64,000 nucleotides of DNA from Candidatus Doudnabacteria bacterium. GTDB lineage: Bacteria; Patescibacteriota; Doudnabacteria; UBA920. Of the stretch, positions 1 through 8,867 are shown piece by piece. The stretch is taken from contig CAWBGV010000031.1 in NCBI GenBank assembly GCA_963788395.1, positions 73,094 to 137,093 of the forward strand. The letters run 5' to 3'. Position 1 is the stretch's first letter. The number at the start of each line of letters is the position of its first letter. The position numbers were made by a program, and so were the translations under genes. The notes beneath the pieces were generated by a model. That model was not told where the DNA came from and did not search any database. It saw nothing but the letters and a program-made list of their open reading frames with translations.

Positions 1-362
1 CCAAAAATGATCCGGCCGCGGGAGCGGCTAAAATTTCGATTGTCGAAAAACCCTGGGGGTTCGAAATCTGGCTGGCTTATACCGACCATTACGCCATGAA
101 ATTTTTAATAGTCAACCAGGGTAAGCGTTTTTCATTACAAAAACACCAGCAGAAGGAAGAAAGCTGGTTAATTCAGGCCGGCCACCCCGAAATCTTTTTG
201 AACAATCAAACAATTCAAGCCAGCCCCGGAGATGCATTTCATACGCCGGCCGGAACCGTGCATCGGGTAACCGCGGCTAAAGACGACGTGGTTATTTTAG
301 AAGTTTCAACTGCCGAACTTAACGATGTAGTCCGGTTGGAAGATGATTTTGGCCGCAATTAA
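1..362 (+). CDS. Cupin-domain protein (mannose-6-phosphate isomerase type II C-terminal-like), 5' end outside the window
   Basis: Frame 3 is open from position 3 and reads ...EKPWGFEIWLAYTDHYAMKFLIVNQGKRFSLQKHQQKEESW..HRV, the classic cupin WG.E.W / SLQ.H motif set. The ATG at 96 is internal, and the stop is at 360-362. Confidence 0.6.
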   Translation, partial: KNDPAAGAAKISIVEKPWGFEIWLAYTDHYAMKFLIVNQGKRFSLQKHQQKEESWLIQAGHPEIFLNNQTIQASPGDAFHTPAGTVHRVTAAKDDVVILEVSTAELNDVVRLEDDFGRN

Positions 363-1141
363 TCAAGATCAAGTTTTTGAACCTCGGTCAGTAATTTTTT
401 ATGCAACCCGCTGCCGCTGGCCAGCAGGTTTTTTGATTCTAAGGTAAAAGGCTGGCCGTCCCAGGTCGTGGCTTTGCCGCCGGCTTCGGTAACCACCAGG
501 CCGGCCGCGCCTACGTCCCAAATGTTGACGCTGGCCTGGATAAAATAATCGTACGTGCCGTCTGCCACCAAACAGGTTTCCCAGGCCGAGCTTCCCAGCG
601 TGCGGGTTTTTTTCATTTTGGTCACGAATACCGGCAGAATTGTGGCTGCAGATTTAGTATTTCTGCCCCAGCCTACGCCGCCGTAGGATTGCTCCAAAGC
701 AACTACAGAAGATGCCTTGATTTTTTGAGCATTTTTATAGGCGCCGCGGCCCCGAACCGCATGGTAGGTAACAGCGGTGGCCGGATTGTACACTACTCCC
801 ACGAGCGGTCCCTGATTATCCCACAGCGCAATGGAAATACAGCATAGGGGTAAGCCTTGGATAAAATTGGTCGTACCGTCGATCGGGTCAATAATCCAAA
901 ACCAGTCTTGGTCCTTTATGGATTTATCCCATCCGCCTTCTTCACCGATAATTTTGTGCGTGGGAAAGTGTTGCAAGATCCGCCGCCTGATCAATTTTTC
1001 TATCCGAACGTCAACTTCCGTGACTAAATCCCGCGGGTTGCCGCCTTTGGATTTTATGTGTTTGGGTTTTCCAAAATTTTGGCGGAATGTTTTGCCGCCT
1101 TCCCGGGCGGCTTTCAAGGCAACAGTCAGGTATTGGTCCAT
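359..1141 (-). CDS. Inositol monophosphatase family protein (SuhB/IMPase-like)
   Basis: 260 aa with the WIIDPIDGTTNF metal-binding motif and the second WDVGAAGLVV.EAGG motif typical of the IMPase/FIG family. Confidence 0.85.
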   Translation of the reverse strand: MDQYLTVALKAAREGGKTFRQNFGKPKHIKSKGGNPRDLVTEVDVRIEKLIRRRILQHFPTHKIIGEEGGWDKSIKDQDWFWIIDPIDGTTNFIQGLPLCCISIALWDNQGPLVGVVYNPATAVTYHAVRGRGAYKNAQKIKASSVVALEQSYGGVGWGRNTKSAATILPVFVTKMKKTRTLGSSAWETCLVADGTYDYFIQASVNIWDVGAAGLVVTEAGGKATTWDGQPFTLESKNLLASGSGLHKKLLTEVQKLDLD

Positions 1142-1262
1142 GAGGATTGGTGGTATAATTAGTCTAGTTTCGAAAACCGCTATAAATCGAATCTACGAAT
1201 AACTGCGAATCCACGACTAGAAAGCACTGGATTCGTAGATTCGATTTATATCCGCTCCCCCC

Positions 1263-2528
1263 ATGAGAATCATAGCAGACCTGCAAATTCATTCCAAATA
1301 TTCGCGCGCTTGTTCGCAAGATCTGGTCCCTAAAAATATTGCGGCCTGGGCGCACAAAAAAGGCATCGGGGTTATTGGTACCGGTGATTTTACGCATCCC
1401 CGCTGGCTGGCTCAGTTAAAAGAAGAACTGCAAGAAACTAAACCGGGCCTGTATCAATTAGTCGATAAAACTTCGCCGGTTGATTTTATGCTGACCGCGG
1501 AAGTATCGTCTATCTATAAACAGGATGATAAAGTCCGGCGCGTGCATAATATGATTTTCGCGCCCAACTTTGCGGCTGTTGATAGCATTGTCAGGGGATT
1601 GGAAAAGCAAAACGCCAATTTAAAAGCTGACGGCCGTCCTATAATGGGTATTCATTGCGATGAGCTGGTTAAAATCGTCAAAGAGGCGGACGAGCGCAAC
1701 GAAGTTATTCCCGCCCACGCCTGGACCCCGCACTTTGGATTATTTGGTTCACTATCGGGATTTAATACTATTGAGGAAGCGTTTGGCAGTCAGTCCAAGT
1801 ATATTTTTGCCATTGAAACGGGCCTGTCCAGCGACCCAAAAATGAACTGGCAAATTTCTAAGCTCGATAGCTTGTCGTTAGTTTCTAATTCCGACGCCCA
1901 CAGTCTGCGTAAAATCGGGCGCGAAGCCAATGCTTTTGAAATTGATCCCGAGCGACTGTCGTACAACGAAATTTTCAGAATTATTCGTGAAAAAAATCCG
2001 GCGGAATTTTTGTTCACCATCGAGTTTTTTCCGGAAGAAGGCAAGTACCATCTCGATGGCCATCGCGATTGTAAATTTTCTTGTCTGCCGGCGGAAACCA
2101 GGCGCCGGGGAGGGGTTTGCCCAGTATGTGGTAAAAAGTTATTGGTCGGTGTGTTAAGCCGGGTGGATGATTTGGCTGATAGAGAATGGGGGTTTGTGCC
2201 GCCGCGGGCGGTGCCGTTTAAAAACATTATTCCTTTAGAAGAAGTTATTGCCGACACGTTGGAGGTCGGGGCAGGCAGTAAAAAAGTGGCGGCACTCTAT
2301 GACAAAATGACCGTTCAAAAACCGGAGTTTGAAATTTTGCTTGATTTGCCTGAATCTGAACTTGCCACAATTGGTTCTTCTGACGTGGCGCGGGCAATTA
2401 TGCGGGTACGGGAAGGGAATGTCCACGTCGAAGGCGGCTACGACGGAGTCTTCGGCAAAATTCATATTTTTGAGGAAGCTGAACGGGAAAAATTATTCAA
2501 AAGGCCTAAACAAACGAGCCTTTTTTGA
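1263..2528 (+). CDS. Endonuclease Q-like PHP-domain nuclease (TIGR00375 family)
   Basis: 421 aa. ADLQIHSKYS, GTGD, RRVHN, PAHAWTPHFG, SNSDAHS, GKYHL, CPVCGKK zinc ribbon and a C-terminal KQTSLF all parallel Pyrococcus EndoQ as I recall it. Confidence 0.7.
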   Translation: MRIIADLQIHSKYSRACSQDLVPKNIAAWAHKKGIGVIGTGDFTHPRWLAQLKEELQETKPGLYQLVDKTSPVDFMLTAEVSSIYKQDDKVRRVHNMIFAPNFAAVDSIVRGLEKQNANLKADGRPIMGIHCDELVKIVKEADERNEVIPAHAWTPHFGLFGSLSGFNTIEEAFGSQSKYIFAIETGLSSDPKMNWQISKLDSLSLVSNSDAHSLRKIGREANAFEIDPERLSYNEIFRIIREKNPAEFLFTIEFFPEEGKYHLDGHRDCKFSCLPAETRRRGGVCPVCGKKLLVGVLSRVDDLADREWGFVPPRAVPFKNIIPLEEVIADTLEVGAGSKKVAALYDKMTVQKPEFEILLDLPESELATIGSSDVARAIMRVREGNVHVEGGYDGVFGKIHIFEEAEREKLFKRPKQTSLF

Positions 2529-2539
2529 ACCAATTATAA

Positions 2540-2570
2540 AGACGCCAACGTAGCTCGGGCGTCTCTTGTA
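2540..2570 (+). terminator. Hairpin downstream of the EndoQ-like gene
   Basis: AAGACGCC-(11 nt loop)-GGCGTCTT followed by an A/T-rich tail. Confidence 0.4.
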
Positions 2571-2613
2571 ATTATTAACCTATGTGGTACACTATCCGGG
2601 AAAGGAGGCTTTT

Positions 2614-2793
2614 ATGATCGGAACGCTATGTTCTTGTCTTTTATTGGCGGCCATGCTGTTTGTGCTAGGCCATGGTCCTCACGAGTTCGTAGATGTTCGT
2701 CTGGCGAATATGGGTTGCGGATTTTTTTTGATCTTAGCCGCTATTTGCGGAGCTATCTGCGTCATCCTGTGGCCCTGGAAGAGAAAAATATGA
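2614..2793 (+). CDS. Small two-helix membrane protein (hypothetical)
   Basis: A strong SD (AAAGGAGG) sits 8 nt before the internal ATG at 2614. The product is hydrophobic (MIGTLCSCLLLAAMLFVL...ILAAICGAICVILWPW). Confidence 0.4.
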   Translation: MIGTLCSCLLLAAMLFVLGHGPHEFVDVRLANMGCGFFLILAAICGAICVILWPWKRKI

Positions 2794-2880
2794 TGCCGTG
2801 TCGGGCCGTAATCGCATAATTTCGGCTCCAAAGCAAGTTTTGAAACTGCTTCTAGTTCCCTCAGCTTTGCCGCCGGGGGA

Positions 2881-4149
2881 CTATTTTTTATACCAGACGA
2901 TAAAATCGGAAACATTGGCCTCGGTCGGTCCGGTAAAAATTAATTCATGCCCGAGTTTTTCAAAAAAATCATAGCCGTCAAAATTGGCTAAGTATTCCTG
3001 TAAGGGAAGTTCCATGGAGGTGGCTCGGTAGAGCGAAGTAGTATCCAAAATTACGCCGGCGCAGTCGGAATTATCTAATCCATCCGAAGCCATGGCGGCT
3101 ACCACATCGTTTTCGCCAAGGTAACGAAAAGCTTTCATGCCAAAATAACAATTGCGGCCGCCTTTACCGCCGGGTTTATCAACAATTAAATTAATCTCAC
3201 TGCCGCCCAGTATTACCGTTCCCGGTTTGGCGGCGGTAGATATTTTTTTTAGCGTTTCATCGGCTGTTTCAAATAATTCCGCCGACAAAATACTTGACTC
3301 CAGGTCCAGGTCTTTGGCGCACTGGGCCATGGCCTCCAGTGCGATCATGTTGGAAACTATAGGCACATTATGGACACGTTCAAACAATTTTGGATCCTTA
3401 GGTGTTTCGGTCAGAAAAAATTTTCCCAAAGAGTACTTATCTATAATCGCTTGAGCATCGGCAATGGTTGAAGCATCTAAATAAGTCGGGCCGCTGTCTA
3501 CAAAGTGGTAATTATTACCGGCTACATCGGAAAAAATTAAGCTAATGACCGTAGCCGGGTAGAGCATTTTTGCCAAACCGCCGCCCTTAACCTGCGAAAG
3601 GTGTTTGCGAACCGTATTAAGGCCTTTAATATCATCGCCGGTTCTTAAATAATTTTGATACAACCGCACGCCCTGTTCGCGTTCATCGTCCGTCCAGCAC
3701 AACAGGGCGCTGCCGCCGCCGGAAATTAAATTAATCACCAGATCATCTTCGGTGATATCAGCAATCAGAGCAGCCATTTTGTTGGCTATAGCCACATTTT
3801 GCTCGGAGGGCAGCGGGTGTGTTCCAATAAACGTTTGGATAATTTTAGTCGGCGCTGCGGTAATGCCAATAGCTACGCCGGCGGTAATTTTGTCACCCAA
3901 AATATGTTCCAGGACCAGCGCCGCCCGTCCGGAGGCCTTGCCAAAGGCCAGGACAAAAAGGCGTTTAAACCGACTCAGGTCAAACGTTTCGCCTTTGACG
4001 GTCAGGGTCTTGCCATTGAGCTGGACTGAAGATTGCAGCACCATTTTGGTATCTATGGCGTTATACCCCGCTTCGACAATTTTTAAAACCGTTTCCCGTT
4101 CCGGCGTGGTGGCAACAGCTTGAATATTCTGTATCCAGGTTTTTAGCAT
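2881..4149 (-). CDS. Glycerate 2-kinase (MOFRL family, GckA/TtuD-like)
   Basis: 422 aa with the ISGGGSALL and GGKGGRN motifs and the DUF4147+MOFRL architecture. Confidence 0.8.
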   Translation of the reverse strand: MLKTWIQNIQAVATTPERETVLKIVEAGYNAIDTKMVLQSSVQLNGKTLTVKGETFDLSRFKRLFVLAFGKASGRAALVLEHILGDKITAGVAIGITAAPTKIIQTFIGTHPLPSEQNVAIANKMAALIADITEDDLVINLISGGGSALLCWTDDEREQGVRLYQNYLRTGDDIKGLNTVRKHLSQVKGGGLAKMLYPATVISLIFSDVAGNNYHFVDSGPTYLDASTIADAQAIIDKYSLGKFFLTETPKDPKLFERVHNVPIVSNMIALEAMAQCAKDLDLESSILSAELFETADETLKKISTAAKPGTVILGGSEINLIVDKPGGKGGRNCYFGMKAFRYLGENDVVAAMASDGLDNSDCAGVILDTTSLYRATSMELPLQEYLANFDGYDFFEKLGHELIFTGPTEANVSDFIVWYKK

Positions 4150-4154
4150 GAAAT

Positions 4155-5174
4155 TTATTTAACCAGATTTTTTATTTCGCCTTTCATGAATCCCGCAATA
4201 TTATCTACAGAGGTCTGCAATATTTCCCGTTTGGCTTCGGTTGAATAAAAGGCAATATGGGGAGTATAGGCCACCTGAGGTAAATCAATTAAAACATGGT
4301 CTTCCAACAGGGTCTTAATTTGTTCCTGATGAGCGGTTGGGTCGGCTAGCAGATGCCACTCATCCTGTAATTGATGTTCGCCTTCAATAACGTCCATACC
4401 CACCGCGGCTAATATGCCATGCTCAATGCCGTAAAGCACGGCTTCAGTCTCGGCGACTTCTCCGCGGGATGTATTAATCAGAATCGAGCCTTTTTTAAAT
4501 TGGGTTATATTTTGTTGGTTAATTAAATGGTGGGTATCTTTGTTGTAGGGGACGTGGAGCGTAACAATGTCGGATTGAGAAAGTAATTGTTCAAGCGGCA
4601 CATAGGTAAAGCCAAGTTTGGCGGCTGCTTCCTGGTTGGGGAAAGCATCAAAACCCAGCAATTTCATATCAAAGCCTTTAGCGATTTGGGCCACGTTCTG
4701 GCCAATTCGCCCGGTGCCGACAATGCCCAGAGTCTTGCCCTGTAAATTAAACCCTTCAAATTGTGAAATATCAAAATTATGGGTGTCTTTCATCTGGCGG
4801 TAGGCGCTTAATGCTTTGCGCGACAAGCCAAGCATAAGCGCAAAAGTATATTCTGCCACTGTCCGTGAACCGTAGGCGGGCACGGTGGCCACGGGAATGT
4901 GTTTCGACTGGGCATGAGCTAGATCAATGTGATCAAAACCCGTGGAGCGGGTTTCAATAAATTTAAGATTCGGCAGCGTATCTATAATTTCTTTAGTAAG
5001 CGGGGAATTAATAAACACCGAAATTGCTTCGGCGTCTGAAAATTGGGATGCGTTTTCCGCAGTTAATTTTTCGGGCAGGTACTTTGCCTGAGCAGCCGGC
5101 AGGTCGGCTTGGGCCACCAGTTCGGGCAGGACTGCTTGGTCTTCTTCGCTGCATTCAAAAAAATACAATACCAT
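4155..5174 (-). CDS. D-isomer-specific 2-hydroxyacid dehydrogenase (glycerate/hydroxypyruvate reductase or D-lactate DH-like)
   Basis: 339 aa with the NAD-binding GIVGTGRIGQ motif and a catalytic R..E..H arrangement. It is adjacent to and co-directional with glycerate kinase. Confidence 0.85.
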   Translation of the reverse strand: MVLYFFECSEEDQAVLPELVAQADLPAAQAKYLPEKLTAENASQFSDAEAISVFINSPLTKEIIDTLPNLKFIETRSTGFDHIDLAHAQSKHIPVATVPAYGSRTVAEYTFALMLGLSRKALSAYRQMKDTHNFDISQFEGFNLQGKTLGIVGTGRIGQNVAQIAKGFDMKLLGFDAFPNQEAAAKLGFTYVPLEQLLSQSDIVTLHVPYNKDTHHLINQQNITQFKKGSILINTSRGEVAETEAVLYGIEHGILAAVGMDVIEGEHQLQDEWHLLADPTAHQEQIKTLLEDHVLIDLPQVAYTPHIAFYSTEAKREILQTSVDNIAGFMKGEIKNLVK

Positions 5175-5202
5175 AAAATAGGTCCTTTGTGGCCTCTGGG
5201 GC

Positions 5203-6463
<1,261 letters not shown>

Positions 6464-6866
6464 GTTCAAGAGTTTAATATACCTATATTTTAGCATTTTT
6501 TTATCTTTTCTTCAATAAATCTTCAGGTGGTATGTGCTATGGTGCTATTACTAAGTAAAATGTATGGAAATAAATTTTTTTAATAGACGGACTCAGATTT
6601 TTTTTGAGTCTTTAGAATTGTCCGTACGGCCAAGAGTAGTAGGCACTTTCGAACTCCTGGAACACTTTGGGAATGCATTAGGCATGCCGCACAGTAAGGC
6701 CTTAGGGAGGGGATGATTTGAGCTGCGAATTGTAGGCGTGATCAATATTCGTTTTATATATACATTTTTTGGAGGAAAAATTTGGATACTGCACGGATTC
6801 GTTAAAAAAACAAACCGCACCGCGGATCGGGACACTGCATATGCAGGGAACCAACTCAAAATGCTC

Positions 6867-6895
6867 TTGCAATAATATAACGTATGCGGTATACT
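6867..6895 (+). promoter_or_regulatory. Sigma70-like promoter (TTGCAA-17-TATACT) for the XRE regulator
   Basis: -35 TTGCAA at 6867-6872, a 17-nt spacer, -10 TATACT at 6890-6895. The ATG at 6902 is only 6 nt downstream, implying a leaderless or near-leaderless start. Confidence 0.45.
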
Positions 6896-6901
6896 GGTAA
6901 T

Positions 6902-7192
6902 ATGAAGAAATTAGATCGAAAACAATTCCAAACCTTCAGGCAAATCCATCGGAAATGGCAGAAAGGGAAAAAATACAAAAAAGCTTACCAGCAGCTTAAT
7001 TTAGAATTTAGCCTTATTGCCGCGCTTATAGAGTGCAGGCTGCAAAAAGGTCTGACCCAGAAGCAGCTTGCTGAGCGGGCCGGTACCCGACAGTCTTCCA
7101 TTGCCCGTTTCGAATCTGGTTCATACAACCCAACTTTGGCATTTGTCCAAAAACTTGCTACGGCCTTGGATGCCAAAATCAGGCTTGCATAA
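6902..7192 (+). CDS. XRE-family helix-turn-helix transcriptional regulator
   Basis: HTH_3 signature LTQKQLAERAGTRQSSIARFESG. The start is more likely MKKLDRK at 6902 than the ORF-track start at 6884, which overlaps the -10 box. Confidence 0.7.
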   Translation: MKKLDRKQFQTFRQIHRKWQKGKKYKKAYQQLNLEFSLIAALIECRLQKGLTQKQLAERAGTRQSSIARFESGSYNPTLAFVQKLATALDAKIRLA

Positions 7193-7231
7193 TAATAGTC
7201 TAAAAAGAGAAAAGTTGGTATACTATAGTAT

Positions 7232-8626
7232 ATGAAAAAGACAAAAATTATTTGTACGCTCGGTCCGGCTTCTCAGGACGTTAAAACTATAACCGAAATG
7301 GTCAAAAGCGGCATGAACGTGGCCCGGCTGAATTTTTCTCACGGCGACCACGAAAATCACCAGCTGCTCATTAACAATATCCGTAAGGTTTCCGCCAAAC
7401 TTGGCGTGCCGATCGCTATTATTCAAGATTTGCACGGCCCAAAAATTCGGGTCGGCAAAATGAAGCAACCCTTCATTCAGGTTAAAATTGGCCAACAAGT
7501 CGTGATTGGTGAAGATTTTATGCTCGATCTCGATGTTTTAAAATCCATCCGACCAAAACAGAAGATCTTAATCGAAGACGGTCTGATTGAGCTCGAAGTC
7601 GAGAAAGTCAAAGGAAAAAAAGTGTATTGCGTGGCGCTGAGCCCGGGCAAAATTTTGCCGAACAAAGGAATTAATTTACCCCGGACTAAATTGAAAATTC
7701 CAATTTTAGGGGAAAAAGATATCTTTGATTTAAAGTTTGGCTTGCAAAATGATGTAGATTACGTGGCTTTGTCGTTTGTCCGCACAAAACAAGACGTTAT
7801 ACGGTTGCGGGAATTGATTAAGAAGTATAACCCTAAAAACCTGACGCCGCCCAAGATTATTGCCAAAATTGAAAAACCCGAAGGAGTAGACCATTTTGAC
7901 GGCATTTTGCGCGAGACTGATGCGGTAATGGTAGCTCGCGGCGATTTAGGCGTGGAGATGCCGGAGTCGCAGGTGCCGATTATCCAAAAGACTATTATTC
8001 AAAAATGTTTAAACGCCGCCAAACCGGTAATTGTCGCAACTCAAATGCTGGATTCCATGATCCGCAACCCGCGGCCAACGCGCGCGGAAGTCAGCGATGT
8101 GGCGAATGCGGTTATCGACCAAGCCGACTGCGTTATGCTTTCGGGAGAGAGCGCGTTTGGCCGATATCCCATTAAAGCTGTTGCGCAAATGAATAAAATA
8201 ATCGAGACTACTGAAAAGTCATCTTTTTTGCCGCAACATAAACATTTGACCGATAAAGTTGTCAGCAAGACCGAAGCAATTGCCGAAACCGTTTTTGATT
8301 TAGCGTCTCATATTCACGCTAAGGTTATAGTCGGCGCCACCGAATCCGGCTTCACGGCTCAAGAAGTTATTCATAAGCGCCCCTATCAGGCGCGCGTGCT
8401 CATGCTCACCCCGCGTTTAAAAGTCCATCGTCAAATGTGCCTGCTCTGGGGCGTGGAAAGTTTTTTGGTTCCGGAGGTGGATAATTTTGAAGAGTTAATG
8501 CAGGTAATGTTAAGCACCGTTCGCAAAGCAAAATTGGCTAAAAAAGGAGACAAGGTGGTGGTTGTCACCGGCGAACCGCTGGGACAGCGGGAGAATTTGA
8601 ATCTGGTGGAGATAAAAACAATATAA
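7232..8626 (+). CDS. pyk: Pyruvate kinase
   Basis: 464 aa: MKKTKIICTLGPAS..., MVARGDLGVE, and the full barrel, lid and C-terminal domains. Confidence 0.9.
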   Translation: MKKTKIICTLGPASQDVKTITEMVKSGMNVARLNFSHGDHENHQLLINNIRKVSAKLGVPIAIIQDLHGPKIRVGKMKQPFIQVKIGQQVVIGEDFMLDLDVLKSIRPKQKILIEDGLIELEVEKVKGKKVYCVALSPGKILPNKGINLPRTKLKIPILGEKDIFDLKFGLQNDVDYVALSFVRTKQDVIRLRELIKKYNPKNLTPPKIIAKIEKPEGVDHFDGILRETDAVMVARGDLGVEMPESQVPIIQKTIIQKCLNAAKPVIVATQMLDSMIRNPRPTRAEVSDVANAVIDQADCVMLSGESAFGRYPIKAVAQMNKIIETTEKSSFLPQHKHLTDKVVSKTEAIAETVFDLASHIHAKVIVGATESGFTAQEVIHKRPYQARVLMLTPRLKVHRQMCLLWGVESFLVPEVDNFEELMQVMLSTVRKAKLAKKGDKVVVVTGEPLGQRENLNLVEIKTI

Positions 8627-8648
8627 ACTTTACGGATTACGGATTCAA

Positions 8649-8698
8649 ACGAATATACTAATTACGAACAACCAAAGATTAGTAATTAGTATATTCGT
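8649..8698. repeat. 17-bp perfect inverted repeat (ACGAATATACTAATTAC / GTAATTAGTATATTCGT) with a 16-nt spacer, preceded by the TACGGAT-TACGGAT tandem
   Basis: Read directly from the sequence immediately after the pyk stop. Confidence 0.6.
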
Positions 8699-8736
8699 AT
8701 AGATAAGTAATTCGTAAAGTCCCAGAAGCTCTAGAA

Positions 8737-8766
8737 GCTCGAACTTTAATACTTCGGGCTTTTTTA
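8737..8766 (+). terminator. Rho-independent terminator after pyk
   Basis: GCTCGAA-(9 nt)-TTCGGGC stem (with a G-U pair) followed by TTTTTTA. Confidence 0.55.
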
Positions 8767-8789
8767 TGTCGAATTCGAAAAAAAATATA

Positions 8790-8817
8790 TGACAAATTCG
8801 CTAATGAGCGCTATACT
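8790..8817 (+). promoter_or_regulatory. Sigma70-like promoter for ppsA (TGACAA-16-TATACT)
   Basis: -35 at 8790-8795 and -10 at 8812-8817, about 50 nt upstream of the ATG at 8868. Confidence 0.45.
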
Positions 8818-8867
8818 ATAGACATAAAATAACATCAATTAGGAAATCAAAATTAAAAATCAATCAT

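Noticed and set aside
831-2465. Numerous ORF-track entries antisense to or overlapping the IMPase, EndoQ-like and other genes (831..1202, 1164..1397, 1790..2257, 1878..2063, 2235..2465 and others)
   Set aside because: They are embedded in the opposite strand or alternate frame of strongly supported genes and have no motifs. They are shadow ORFs.
6593-6859. 88-aa minus-strand ORF between eno and the XRE gene
   Set aside because: It lies in the divergent promoter region, overlaps the hairpin at 6584-6625, and has no RBS or motif.
8630-8645. TACGGAT tandem and other short tandem or dyad repeats as a CRISPR array
   Set aside because: Only two units, with no spacer-repeat periodicity and no cas genes. 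No CRISPR array is present in the window.
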